Shown piece after piece: positions 41,380 to 54,299 of a DNA stretch of 64,000 bases (position 1 is its first letter; each line of letters begins with the position of its first letter). Source of the stretch: Octopus vulgaris (taxonomy: Eukaryota); assembly GCA_951406725.2 (NCBI GenBank), contig OX597822.1, positions 57,164,001-57,228,000 of the forward strand. Direction: 5' to 3'. Below the pieces are notes generated by a model. It did no database searches. It saw only the letters and a program-made list of their open reading frames with translations, and had not been told where the DNA came from. A program made the position numbers and the translations under genes.

Positions 41380-41540
41380 GATTGCTCCGGGCTTGCATTA
41401 GGCAAGAAGATGAAAATTATTTTGGACCGTCACGCTCCATGGGCCCTAAGTAAGGCATGTGCAAAATTTGAATGAAATCGGTTGGGTAGTTCTCGAGTTT
41501 TAGTGATACAGACACACAGACAGACAGACAGACAGACTGC
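41380..41540 (-). mobile_element. Non-autonomous Helitron-like fragment
   Basis: GCAAAATTTGAATGAAATCGGTTGGGTAGTT..(CAGA)n, typical of the Helitron 5' subterminal region. Confidence 0.5.
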
Positions 41541-41825
41541 GTTGTATACATGTGTATATGTGGGAGGGGGGTACGCATACACATGTGCCTATGTGCATGT
41601 ATGTTTTGACAAATGCGTTTCTAGGTGTGATTAAATTTAACATTGAAATTCAATATGAGAAAATTATTGAAATTTTGCACAAAAATGTTATCAAACATGT
41701 TAAATAGATTTATGATGAAATAGTCCAACAAACATTCATACAGTGTCTCTTTATTTTTATCTATCTATCGATCTAACTACCTGCCTATCTATCTATCTAT
41801 CTATCTATCTCTGTTTTTCTTTCGG

Positions 41826-41872
<47 letters not shown>

Positions 41873-41944
41873 GAATAGCGTGTTAATAAAATAAGGATAT
41901 ATATGTTTGGTATTTTATACTTTAAAAAGCATATACGCATTTCC

Positions 41945-41978
<34 letters not shown>

Positions 41979-42434
41979 TGATAAATTTACAGTGTGTAAG
42001 TGTGTGTGCGCGCACACGCGAGTGCACGTGTGTGGTGCAAAAATACTGCACTGTAGTGTGTGTGTGCGTTCTCGTTTGCGCGCGTACGAGCGTGTATTTA
42101 TTTTGACTAGGCTATTTCTTTGATTGAAATTTAACATTTAATTTCAACACAAGAAATATATTGGTTTTGCACAAAAACTTTATCAACCTGAAATAGATTT
42201 ATGAGCATGTAGTCAAATCAACTCTTGTGTTTTCTCTCTCTCTCTCTCTCTCTCCCTCTCTCTCGCTCGCTCTCTCTCTCACACACACTCTATCTCTCTA
42301 TCTCTCTCTTTCTTTCTTTCTTTCTTTCTCTCTTATTCTCTCTCTTCTCCCTTCGCACGCCCTCTTTCTCGTTCTCGTTCACCTCTTCTCTCTCTCTCTC
42401 TCTCTTTCTCCATACATGCATTGTGTGTACGTGT

Positions 42435-42525
<91 letters not shown>

Positions 42526-42530
42526 GATTT

Positions 42531-42705
42531 GCCATGCTGGGTTTTGTCTCATTTTCTCTGTTTATTTTCTTTTATTCCTTTCTGCTGAAGAGCGTAGGCT
42601 CCAAGTGTAAAAGACTTTTTCATTTTCCCGGGCGTCAAACTAATACATTTGCCTGTTCATACACTTGTCTTCGTCTTTTGTTTTTCTATAAATTTCAACT
42701 ATATA
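42531..42705 (+). mobile_element. Solo Penelope terminal repeat (pLTR) with decayed HHR
   Basis: Homologous to 54310-54500 (-) and 57015-57210 (+). CTTT-CTGCTGA-A-GAGCGTAGGCTC; ends in (TA)n. Confidence 0.8.
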
Positions 42706-42830
42706 TATATATGTTTATGAATTTGTGTTGTAAATTCCTGATGTTTTGAAACAGATATTTCTGTATTTTGGGATGGTAGTTTGGGGGGGGGGGGGGTGCC
42801 AAATAAACACACGCACTATGTGTTCTTATT

Positions 42831-42999
42831 CTAACTCATGTCTATTGTCCGGTAATCTTTCGTCACACATCTGTGATCTCCTCAGTAACAATTTCCATCT
42901 TTGTTTGTGTTCTTGCTCTGCTTATTCCAATGGAATAAGTGTTGCTGAGGAGGTCACATATGTGTGACGAAAGATTTCCAGACAACCGACATGAGTTAG
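42831..42999. ncRNA. Inverted pair of type-I hammerhead motifs
   Basis: + copy 42940-42984: UGUUG-CUGAGGA-G-GUCACA(UAUG)UGUGAC-GAAA-GAUU-UC-CAGACA. An inverted copy lies at 42831-42890. Confidence 0.75.
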
Positions 43000-43059
43000 G
43001 AAAATGATCATCCCAAAATGTAAAAATTTATCTTTTTTTCTCCTCTTCACCGTTTTATA

Positions 43060-43113
<54 letters not shown>

Positions 43114-43575
43114 TCCTTTGCTCTCTCGTTGCTCACACGTGACCAATTTCCATCTTTTTTCACAAGTGTTCATCTCTCTTTTCTGGTCTGTTGCACAAAC
43201 GAGACGTATTTTTGTCTGTCTCCTCTCCTATCTTTTCTCCTGTCAAAGAATGTTTCTCAGCGTTCGCCACTTTACCCAGTCTGGCTTAGCAGCCCTCACT
43301 ATTTGTTTCACTATCCTGTTTTTGTTACCAACTTTGACCCTCCGCAAAATCCCAAATTTTATTTTTCTTTACGGGAGCAACTGTTTTCTCGAAGGCAAAT
43401 ATTGTCGTGAATTGCTCGAAATGTGGAGTAGAAAAACAGCCGACAACTCATGAAGAGTCGTTCTTTATGTTACTTGTCTTGTTTTCCATGTGTTTCTCTC
43501 GTTGTTCGTAAAAAAAGGTTTGTCTTCGTATTTCATGTTGTTTTTCGTATTTCGGATTTCATGTTTTCGTATTTC

Positions 43576-43620
<45 letters not shown>

Positions 43621-43865
43621 TTAATAATTGATTATTATTTATCTGGTCATAAGCATAGACGTGTTTATATGTTCCAATATATGTATATATATATGTATAT
43701 GACGTATAGTATATACACTTTGCTTATGTATGTATGTATGTATGTATATGTATGTATATATGTATATGCATATGTCTATATGTATATTTGTTCATATTTT
43801 TTATATATATTAAATAATAAGTGTTTAATAATCATGTTTAATGTATTAATATTAATATTTTTAAA

Positions 43866-43999
43866 GTTCCTGACGAGGCCTATGGTTATATATATAAGTA
43901 CCCTATTTTTAAATGCCTAAAACCTCATTATGTTGACAACTATAGGCAATAAAAATAAAATTAACTACTTTTAGCCATAGGCTGAAACAGCTGTAAGAA
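43866..43999 (+). ncRNA. Type-I hammerhead motif with extended helix II
   Basis: CUGACGA (43870-76), 12-bp helix II GGCCUAUGGUUA/UAGCCAUAGGCU enclosing 83 nt, GAAA (43984-87), palindromic ACAGCUGU, GUA site at 43995. Confidence 0.75.
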
Positions 44000-44184
44000 G
44001 TGATTTTAATGATTTCAATAATTTATATTATGATTTTTATAATTTGTATTCTTATCTTATATATAAGATATATATGTATGATATTGAGGTTCTCATTTTG
44101 TTAAATGAATAAATAATCCAACATTCTAATATCCGAAAGTTGATGAACAAACTAAATTTAAATTCTCCATTTCCTTATTTCTAT

Positions 44185-44305
<121 letters not shown>

Positions 44306-45401
44306 TGAAGCCCAGCAAAAGTCAGCAGCGGTGTCGCCCAGGGGACTGTCTTGGGTCCGCTACTCTTCATAATCTACATAAACGACCTTTCCAGTGTCGT
44401 ACATTACTGCAAACTGAAAATATTTGCTGATGACACCAAGCTCCAGCAAATCGTCAATGAAGAAGCAGACCGAACTCAACTCCAGTCTGATCTATATGCT
44501 GTGAGTCAATGGGAAGACAGAAACAAAATGCAACTGAACGAGGGAAAATTTGAGCTGATGCATTTTGGAAGAAATTCCTCACTAAAACAGCCATACTCTC
44601 TTCCTTCAGGGGAACCGCTCACAGCCACTAACAACATCAGAGACCTAGGTGTAATTGTTGATGACGATCTCAGTTGGAGTGCACACATCAACAAGAAGGT
44701 CGATATTGCTCGTAGGATGAGTTCCTGGATCTTAAGAACTTTCCGGTCCAGAGAACAAGGTGTCATCATACCACTCTTCTCCTCCTTTGTACGGCCACAC
44801 CTTGAATACTGCTGCCCACTGTGGTCTCCCCATACAAGACAAAACATCTCGAGGATTGAATCACCCCAGAGAGCACTCACTAAACGAATTGAAGGCATGG
44901 CTGCTCTCGATTATTGGGACCGCCTTAAAGCCTTGAAACTCTACTCTCTCCAGTGTCACCGTGAGCGGTACATCATTTGTACGATGTGGAGAATATACCG
45001 CCAACTTTGCCCAAACGACCTGAACATAAGCTTCAAGGTTCATCCAAGACTGGGACCATGGGCCATACGTCCCCTACCCAATTCAAGATCACAGCATACA
45101 TATACACTACAACATAATTTATTTTCCTCAACAGGCCCTGCCCTATTTAACATTGTCCCGAAAGAGATCAAAGAGGAACAGGATCCCATCAACTTTAAAC
45201 GGAGTCTGGATAGATTCCTTCAAGGAATACCAGATAAGCCACCCATAATTGGATACAACTCACCCAACAAAAACTCACTACTTGAATGGACCATAAGCAA
45301 AACTTGACTTAAACAGGATTCAAATAATCCTATCAGGTGATGCTATTAAGTTAGACATGGCCTGGACCAATCATTGGTCGAAACACATCTAAGTTTATCT
45401 A

Positions 45402-45406
<5 letters not shown>
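44306..45406 (+). mobile_element. CR1/L2-group LINE, 5'-truncated, inserted in (TA)n
   Basis: Uninterrupted RT ORF, 3' tail (ATCTAAGTTT)x2, (TA)n on both sides. Confidence 0.92.
44351..45307 (+). CDS. Reverse transcriptase C-terminal part (truncated TE ORF2; frame is open upstream to ~44312)
   Basis: [51 protein letters not shown]. Confidence 0.9.
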   Translation: MGPLLFIIYINDLSSVVHYCKLKIFADDTKLQQIVNEEADRTQLQSDLYAVSQWEDRNKMQLNEGKFELMHFGRNSSLKQPYSLPSGEPLTATNNIRDLGVIVDDDLSWSAHINKKVDIARRMSSWILRTFRSREQGVIIPLFSSFVRPHLEYCCPLWSPHTRQNISRIESPQRALTKRIEGMAALDYWDRLKALKLYSLQCHRERYIICTMWRIYRQLCPNDLNISFKVHPRLGPWAIRPLPNSRSQHTYTLQHNLFSSTGPALFNIVPKEIKEEQDPINFKRSLDRFLQGIPDKPPIIGYNSPNKNSLLEWTISKT

Positions 45407-45449
<43 letters not shown>

Positions 45450-45451
<2 letters not shown>

Positions 45452-46630
45452 AGCTGCACGAGAAAAGCCATAGCCAAGAAGACTTACTGAAATGATTCAT
45501 GATTGTTGCCCTGTGATTCCCCTATATCACTTTTAAGCCCGGCCAAGCTTTTACATATTTTAATTACATACTAGACAACTGTGCTAGCTGGCAGGAGAAA
45601 CAGGTGCCACCACATGCACTCTCTTAACATGTCTTTTTAGTACTCCAACTGAGAGGCACACCCTTCCGCATTTTACACACGTTCTGTTATGAATTTTAAT
45701 AGCCACATCATTGTTTATCATGGGTCGATTTCTATGAGACTTTTGATGGTTCACCAGGCTTGCACGACTCAAACACCTCTGCCCACAAACCACACACACA
45801 CAAAGCAACACTCTCTCACTTTCCACAGCTTCCTCCCTCTAAGCCCCCTCCTAATTCTCTCATACTTCACTATCTCCCACTCAAACCCTAAACAACCATC
45901 ATGCACTATATTCCTCCAACCATCACGGTCTTGTGCCTCCCTCTCCCAATTACCAGCTGCAATTCCTGTTTATATTAGAGTATCATTAAGGCAATCCTTA
46001 AGCCTTAGTTTAGGCTTATGCGCTGGTCTCCTGTCATCTTTCAACTCACTGCTTGGGATGTCGCTTGGGATACCTGCTTGGGATGTCGCTCATCGCTCAT
46101 CCTTACCAAATGCCACCACCCCCACCTCAATCGTCTTTGCAAAATCATTGACTCTATACTTCTACTGCTACTCCTCTCAAGTACTTCCACATTACTAATG
46201 GCCATTTTCCAGTTCATGCCCCAAATTTTTCTCAGGCAGTACTGATGAAATCGTTCCGATTGCCTTACCTACCTACGGTAAACAATCCATGTCTCACTTC
46301 CATATAGCAAAGATGGGAGGATGCATGTGTTATATACCTTAACTTTTATTTGTGAAGATATTATGCTGTTTCCACAGATGCCTATGAAGCCTACCAAAAG
46401 CACTACTAGCCCTGCTGATTCTGTATGTAATTCCATCATCAAGACCAGCCGTGCTCAAGGTGCTCCCTAAATAAATAAATCTAGGTACAGTCTCCAACCT
46501 TTGACCATTCACAGTTATAAAATTTTCCACATACATCTTGGAAGGAGCGGGCTGGTACATTATAACAGTGTTTTTAGATTGATTGTTAGACCCAATGCTG
46601 CACATGCTGCAGAAATCACATTCACCATCT
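45450..46630 (-). mobile_element. RTE-clade LINE 3' fragment with two C-terminal C2H2-like fingers
   Basis: KNTVIMYQPAP..FIYLGSTLS..RISRASSAFGRL; CVVCGQRCLSRASLVNHQKSH and CVKCGRVCLSVGVLKRHVKRVH. Confidence 0.88.
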
Positions 46631-48092
46631 GCTGTATATCTTTCTGAGAATGTGCCAACAGGTCTCAATCATCTGCATAGAGAAACTCAACAAGGTAAGA
46701 ATGCAGAACTTTCGTATATATATATATATAATAAACCTTTACATAAATAAAAAACGTGAAATACACGAAGGGACGAACAAAAAGACAAACGGGTCATTCA
46801 AAGCCTTCATTCTTCAGTCAGAAACTGATCCTTCATCGCAGATTTCGGCTGTTTAATTCTGAGATCCGATATATATATATATAGATAGATAGAGGGAGAC
46901 AGGCAGAGAGACGGACAGAAAAACACACACATTCACACATATACACACACACAGAGATAGATGATAGAGAGAGAGAGAAGAGAGAAAGGGGAAGAAAGAG
47001 AAATGACAATGTCGAAAGAACCTCGAAAACTATATACATTGAGGTATGCCTATAAATACAGAGTGCATTAGCTGTTTGAGAACAAAACTTTTAAGAAGCA
47101 TAACTGGCCCAAACTTTAAAATAACCTTTTTTTTTTTCAACCCCAACATAGACAGTTTCTGTCCACCGAACTCACTCATAAGGCATTAACTGGCTATAGT
47201 AGAAGACATTTGCGAAGATGTTGTGAAATAGGACTGAACCCGAAACCTCAGGCTTGCAATGCTCAAGTTTGGTTCCAATTGCTACATTCTTTTAATATTA
47301 TATCAGAAAGAATCACTTTTGTTTTACGGACAATATAGTAACAGTGTGATTCTATACTAAACCATAAAGTGTAATAATAATGTTCAGCGTGCAACTTTTG
47401 ATCTTTTCATTGGAACATATATTACTATCAGCGATATAAATCACTTCAAGACAGACAGTTTGAACTATAGAACTAAGGGCAGTTTCAAGCAAATTTTCCC
47501 ACCATTTTCTGACATTTGAGTATAGTTTAATTTCTTTATTTATTCTATACAATGATATCTTGTCACCACCATCTTATCCACACATAACCCTTTCTTATCT
47601 ACATATATAATAATGATGAACATTGGTGAGCGTTCATATTTTAGTTTTGTAGAATTCATGTAGTTGTATTATATCTTATAGAAATGGCTGTCACTCGCAG
47701 TCAAATATGATTTCACAAAAGAAAAGTTTGCTTTGTTTTTGTATTTTGTCTGTTTTTGGTTTTGTCTTTTTTCTTGTTCAAATATGATGAAGAAGCTTCA
47801 ACACTTCAGCCTTTCGTGAAACTGTGTGCCAAAGGTGCCAGCGTAAACATGACCGCACGTATTGCAGAATATTATTTACTGTTACCAGTGTGATGGAGTA
47901 TCTTCTGGTAAATAACCTTTATTCAACTAAATTGAAATATAACCTGAAAAAGACAATTAATCATCAAATAAGAAATGCATACATATAGGTCGTTTGAATT
48001 GCCAAGCGCAACAGTTTACACAACCAATAATAACTTTCTAAACAGCTACATGCCTTAACCAGGAATATACTTCTCGACAATAGAAAACTATA

Positions 48093-48295
48093 CGGCGAGC
48101 TGGCAGAATCGTTAGAACGCCGGGCAAAATATTTAGCAGTATTTCGACCGTCTTGACGTTCTAAGTTCAAATTCTGCCGAGGTCGACTTTGCCTTTCATC
48201 TTTCAGGAGTCGATAGAATAAGAACCAGTGGGGAACTAGGGTCAATGTAATCGAATTACCGCCTCCCCCGAAATTGTTTTCCTTGCGCCGAAGTT
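48093..48295 (+). mobile_element. SINE family A
   Basis: Head and core match. Confidence 0.85.
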
Positions 48296-48309
48296 ATTAA
48301 TTTTATTTT

Positions 48310-49040
48310 TATTTCTCTTTGTCACAGGTTTTGTTGGGGCTCCTAGAGTTTTACATGTGTACTGGGCTTACTACCTGCAGCCAACGGTGCCATACTATAC
48401 ATTCTTTTCTGCTATCTAATACTTTCCTGATTTTTCTGGCTGTGTCACGGAAGCAAACCTTTTGTAACAGTTCTACTGGGCACTCTATTCCAATTTCTTT
48501 TATATTCCTCTTCATGCCTTCTGATACTATCCTCAAGAACCCAGCAATAATTGGCACGATCTTCACCTGCTTCATTTTCCATAGCCAGGCTATTTCGTAC
48601 TTAAGAGGGTTGTATCTATCAATCTTTTCGCCTTCATTCTTGACTATTCGTGAGTCAAAGGGGTATGCAACGTTAACTATATAGCATATGTGGTGCACCT
48701 TGTCTACTACCACTATGTCACGTCTGTTATGCTCTAGTACCAGATCTGTTTGGATTGGGACATTGCAGAGGATTTTGCCAGTCTCCAACTCTGCCACTCT
48801 TTGCGGTTTGTGCTCATGCCACGTTTTGCCTCTCTCTAGCCCCACTTTTTGCGCAGTTTCCAATGTAGCACTTTCGCTACCTGGTCGTGTCACTACTTGT
48901 AGTGATTTGGAGCAAGTGTAGGCATTCGTTTGTGATATGGGCAATTGTTTCATTCTCTCTAATGCAGATGCGATACAGCAGAGATACTTGCTCATTCCTA
49001 AGGTTGATCCTCCAGTTAGTGGTCAAAGCTTGGTCTTGCG
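48310..49040 (-). mobile_element. R4/Dong-like RLE LINE 3' fragment (same subfamily as 5445-6735)
   Basis: ORF 48351-48995: IQTDLVLEHNRRDIVVV..YPFD..KIDRYNPLKYEI. Confidence 0.9.
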
Positions 49041-49059
49041 ATTATTATTATTATTATTA

Positions 49060-49129
<70 letters not shown>

Positions 49130-49180
49130 CGTCATCATAATCATCATCATCATAATCATCATCATCATTATTATTAAGAA

Positions 49181-49570
49181 GGCGGTGAGCTGGCAGATAG
49201 GTTAGCATGCCGGGCGAATTGCTTAGCGGTATTTCGTCTGCCGCTACATTCTGAGTTCAAATTCCGCCGAGGTCGACTTTGCCTTTCATCCTTTCGGGAT
49301 CGATTAAATAAGTACCAGTTACGCACTAGGGTCGATATAATCGACTTAATCCGTTTGTATGTCCTTGTTTGTTCTCTCTGTGTTTAGCCCCTTGTGGGTA
49401 GTAAAGAAATAAGTATTTCGCCCGTCGCTACGTTATCAGTTCAAATTCCGCTGAGGTCGACTTTGCCTTTCATCCTTTTTGGTGTCGATAAAATAAGTAC
49501 CAGTTAAATACTCGGTTTGATGTAAGCGACTTACCCCTCCCTGAAATTGCTGGCCTTGTGCCAAAATTGT
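49181..49570 (+). mobile_element. SINE family A, dimeric copy
   Basis: Same two-unit architecture and junction as 1320-1715. Confidence 0.88.
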
Positions 49571-49576
49571 TATCAC

Positions 49577-49631
<55 letters not shown>

Positions 49632-49714
49632 TTTTTTTTTTTTTTTTTTTTTTGTACTTGTTTCAGTCATTTGACTGCGGCCATGCTGGAGCACCGCCTT
49701 TAGAGTGGTGAAAG

Positions 49715-49871
49715 AGTACAGCAGGGATTACCACCTCCTGCCGGAGCCTCGTGGAGCTTTTAGGTGTTTTTTTCGCTCAATAAACACACACAACGCCCGG
49801 TCTGGGAATCGAAACCGCGATCCTCCGACCGCAAGTCCGCTGCCCTAACCACTAGGCCATTGCGCCTCCAC
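49715..49871 (-). mobile_element. SINE family B head
   Basis: Reverse complement of GGAGGCGCAATGGCCTAGTGGTTAGGGC..GGTTTCGATTCC. Confidence 0.82.
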
Positions 49872-49900
49872 AATTATTATTATTATCATCATCATCATCA

Positions 49901-49948
<48 letters not shown>

Positions 49949-49951
<3 letters not shown>

Positions 49952-50612
49952 GTTTGACTTTTGCTTTACATTTGTACAAGTTGGCTCCAACTTGTCTCAC
50001 CCAGAGACAACAAGTTGGATGTTCATGTTGGTATTATGCCTAGGGTGCCATATATTTGGTTTTGCACATAGTGTTGTTCTAGAGAATGTTTAAGAAGCCA
50101 TACGAAAATTATGTTTGTTTTAAAACTTGAGATTACGTAGACAGTATTTTGTGTAGGATATGAGCAGTTCCCATGAGCACTCTCTTTTGAATTTCTGCCA
50201 TTTTGAGGTTTCCTGGTATCTGAGCTAGGTAGCAATCAGCCCCTGTCGCTATCATTCCCAGGGCACCTATGGCAACAGGTATTTTTTTAGTCTTCAGGTT
50301 CCACATTTTGCTGATTTCTATTTCAAGATCTTTATATTTGTTCAGTTTTTGGTAGGTCTTGACAGATACGTTTATATCGATTAGGACAGCCATATCAATG
50401 AGGAGGCATGTTTTTGTCTGAAGTCTTTCAATATGATGTCTGGCCTATTCGCATCAATCTTTCTGTCAGTTTGAATGGTGAAGATCCAGAGGAGTGAGAT
50501 GTGATCATTTTCAAGTACTGGAGGTGGTTTGTGTTCCCACCAGTTTTTATCCAGGCTTTTGCAAATTACCCAGTGAATATATTGTGCAGCTCTATAATAC
50601 CTGTTGAGATAC
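49949..50612 (-). mobile_element. R4/Dong-like RLE LINE 3' fragment
   Basis: RAAQYIHWVIC..DANRPDIILKD..KYKDLEIEI..MGTAHIL; (TAA)n on both sides. Confidence 0.9.
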
Positions 50613-50672
<60 letters not shown>

Positions 50673-50689
50673 GTTATTATTATTATTAA

Positions 50690-50764
<75 letters not shown>

Positions 50765-50787
50765 CATCATCATTATTATTATTATTA

Positions 50788-50827
<40 letters not shown>

Positions 50828-51384
50828 TGTTATTATTATTGAAAGCAGTTTGATTCGGCTCAATGCGACTTAAAGTTTCACAGGCCTCTAACAAAAACCC
50901 ACCTCGTTCAGGTTTAGATTACCGAATAGAGAAACGCAGGAAGCCTAAGTTGGCTACTGGAAATTGGGCCAGGGCGAGTTACATGGCGTTGTTAGAAGTG
51001 AGATCTACATTTAAGCGACATCAGATCCGTTAGAAAGATGAATTGCTTGGACTACATACATTACATGGCTGAGCCGGCGAATGTGTGTGCTTGTAATATC
51101 AAATGAGTGCGAGTATGTGGGTGTGTTATTGGTTGCCTGAGTATATGTGTGTACGTGTGTACGTGTATGTGTGTGTGTGCGTGCGAATACGTGTGCATTA
51201 GTGCCTACTATATACGCTTGTGTGCGCGTAAGGTTACATGTAAGGGTGTTATGCGTTTGTACATTCTTGCATTTGTATATAAGCGTATGAGTGCATGCAT
51301 GTTTGTCTGCAAGGACATGCGTGCGTATGTATGTTTTTGTCTGGAGTGTGCGCATGTGTGTACATATATATTATCTAAGAAGGA

Positions 51385-51560
51385 GTAGCTCACCATGACG
51401 TTATATGAGTTGAAGGAATGCACGGCCCATGGGAAAATGCTTCCTAATCAATGACAGGAAGCTCTTAGCTACATTAGTGGAAACTTCTACGTTAAATGGG
51501 AAACACATTATTGTTCTCTTTCTGGTCCTCTTCAGATGTGAGGGTGGAGTTAGGTGCCCT

Positions 51561-51562
<2 letters not shown>
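51385..51562 (-). mobile_element. Penelope-like fragment
   Basis: RTRKRTIMCFPFNVEVSTNVAKSFLSLIRKHFP (~RKRNIIWFNPP..TNIGK.FL.LIDKHFP). Confidence 0.7.
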
Positions 51563-51635
<73 letters not shown>

Positions 51636-51711
51636 TGATGATGATGGTGATGATGATGATGATGATGATGACGACGACGACGACGACAACGACGATGACA
51701 ACGACGACGAC

Positions 51712-51749
<38 letters not shown>

Positions 51750-52004
51750 TGATGATGATGATGATAAATCAGTTTAAGGAGAATAGAGAATATCCAGTTT
51801 TTTATTATACAGCCATTTATGTTCTTTTTTCGCCCACATAACGTTTCCGCCGCTATCAAGGTGCATCTTCCGCATCTTATAGAGCATTATGATGCTACAA
51901 TCCATCAAGGGCTTCATCACGGCATTTTGACTGCTAACTCGATTTCTTCGAAATGGAAAATTATTCCAACCGAAAAATTTTATTTCATTATATTTACTCT
52001 TTTC

Positions 52005-52415
52005 TCTTTTACTCTTTTACTTGTTTCAGTCATTTGACTGCGGCCATGCTGGAGCACCGCCTTTAGTCGAGCAAATTGACCCTGGGACTTATTCTTTTGT
52101 AAGTCCAGTACTTATTCTATTGGTCTCTTTTGCCGATCCGCTAAGTGACGGGGACGTAAACATACCAGCATCGGTTGTCAAGCAATGCTAGAGGGACAAA
52201 CACAGACACGCAAACATATACACACACATACATACATATATATACATATATACGACAGGCTTCTTTCAGTTTCCATCTACCAAATCCACTCACAAGACTT
52301 TGGTCGACCCGAGGCTATAGCACAAGACACTTGCCCAAGATGCCACGCAGTGGGACTGAACCCGGAACCATGTGGTTGGCTAGCAAGCTACTTACCACAC
52401 AGCCACTCCTGCGCC
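52005..52415 (-). mobile_element. SINE family C, full length
   Basis: Reverse complement of 57868-58380. Confidence 0.88.
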
Positions 52416-52431
52416 TATATATATATATATA

Positions 52432-53290
52432 CCAAAAATTAATTTACGATGGTATCATTAATTGTATTATTATCCAATGTAACTATTTTAAAATCAGGTT
52501 AATACAATCTACTAACATACATTTAAGTATTTGGACTCACGTAGACCGGTTTCTGCATTGGTAAAATAAACCTTAGCTTCTTCAGCACGCGTTACCATGA
52601 TTAGAGACTCCCAATCCATCGCTTCGAATTCTGTGCTGCAACTGATACGTTTCGCGCCGAAATCATAACAGCCACCAGTGTAAAATAATCTCGATACAAT
52701 TTACGAGAAAAATAATTCACCAAAAAGCTTTCATCAGTGTATTTTTGGCGATTTAATAAGAGTATTGACTGTTATTTCAAGCAGGTAGACATACTTAGTA
52801 TATCCTTTGATTAATTTTAATCCCTCGGTTATTTAATGCTATTTTGGGCCTGCTATCGCCTGTGTCATTGATTCTGTTATTATTATTTTTAAAATAGTTA
52901 CATTGGATAATAATAGAATTAATGACATCTTCGTAAATTAATTTTTGGTGAATTATTTTTCTCGTAAATTGTATCGATTTTATTGGTGGCTGTTATGATT
53001 TCGGCGCGAAATGAATCAGTAGCAGCACAGACTTCGAAGCGATGGGTTGGGAATCTCTAATCATGGTAACGCATGCTGAAAAAGCTAAGGTTTATTTTAC
53101 CAATGCAGAAACCGCTCCACATGAGTCCAAATACTTAAATGTATGTTAGTAGATTGTCTTAACCTGATCTTGCCTTCGTTTGATTTCTGTAGTTTTCATC
53201 GGTGTATTTTGGCGATTTAATAAGTGTTTTGACTGTTATTTCAAGCAGGTAGACATACTTAGTATGTCCTTTGATTAATTTTAATCCCTC

Positions 53291-53293
<3 letters not shown>
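52432..53293. repeat. Composite inverted plus direct repeat of a ~466-bp HHR-bearing unit
   Basis: 52432-52493 is inverted at 52886-52948, 52493-52727 is inverted at 52942-53168, and 52729-52829 is repeated directly at 53195-53293. (TA)n on both sides. Confidence 0.88.
52539..52590 (-). ncRNA. Type-I hammerhead motif
   Basis: Minus strand: GCGUG-CUGAAGA-AGCUAAGGUUUAUUUUACCAAUGCA-GAAA-CCGG-UC-UACGU. A mutated + copy lies at 53071-53122. Confidence 0.7.
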
Positions 53294-53360
<67 letters not shown>

Positions 53361-54299
53361 GACAGACAGACAGACAGAGACAGAAACAGACAGAGACAGA
53401 CAGACAGATAATTGACGGGATAAGTAGAATCCAGGCGATCACCTTATGAGCACTTTATGTGGGCTAGCATAGTGTTCGAATAACTGAAGTGTAATTGGTT
53501 ACACCACGATCAATTATAAAAGGAGCAATTCGCCTATCCAGGGCATGTATACTAAATAGAAATGTTATAATCCTCACAACATGAATAATAACTATTTTAA
53601 CTGGGGAAAAAAGTCATCAAATCAAAGTTACCTGCGTTTCAGTGAACGAATACCCTTTATTTCATATTACATACGAAGTTATGGAATTCATGCAAAAACT
53701 TAGAATTCATTTATTTCTTCAAACATTATATTTGAATCACAATCAACATATGAAATAAACCCGCAACGCGGGATGAATTTTCACTAATTCGTTGGCATGT
53801 CAACAACGAGGCAAATACACAGACTATTATTTAAATTATAACTGTCTTATCAACTCCTTAGTATGTCATCCGTGAAACAAGATTTAATGCATTTATCAAA
53901 TTAAAACACCGCCTGTTGTTTGTGACATCTTCGCCTCAGCGACGAGCTGGTCAGTAATGCGATCTGTTCGTTGATATTGTATTACTGTAACGGATAAACT
54001 TAGACGGAATCATTTCAAAGCACTTAATGTGATCACAGTGACGAAAGGAAAAGCAAATTGTGTGACACTTTAATCTCTAAACTCTTTCGCTCTCTGCCTC
54101 TCCCTTTTTTCCTCTTTCAATCTCTCCCTCTCTCTCTATCTATATATCTATCTCTCGCTCCTTCTTTCGCGCTCTCCCTTTTACACATATATATGCACAT
54201 ATACATACACCCACACTTATGCACACAAATACATATATACATACACCCACACAAATATATTCATATATATATAAAACATAACAGACAAACATAAACCTA

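Noticed and set aside
45584-45826. C2H2 zinc-finger host gene
   Set aside because: No TGEKP linkers, and it is colinear with the RTE ORF C-terminus.
53430-53495. CTTATGA-GCACT..AGTGTTC-GAATAAC hammerhead-like segment
   Set aside because: Both core boxes are mutated and there is no clear helix III; too weak to call.
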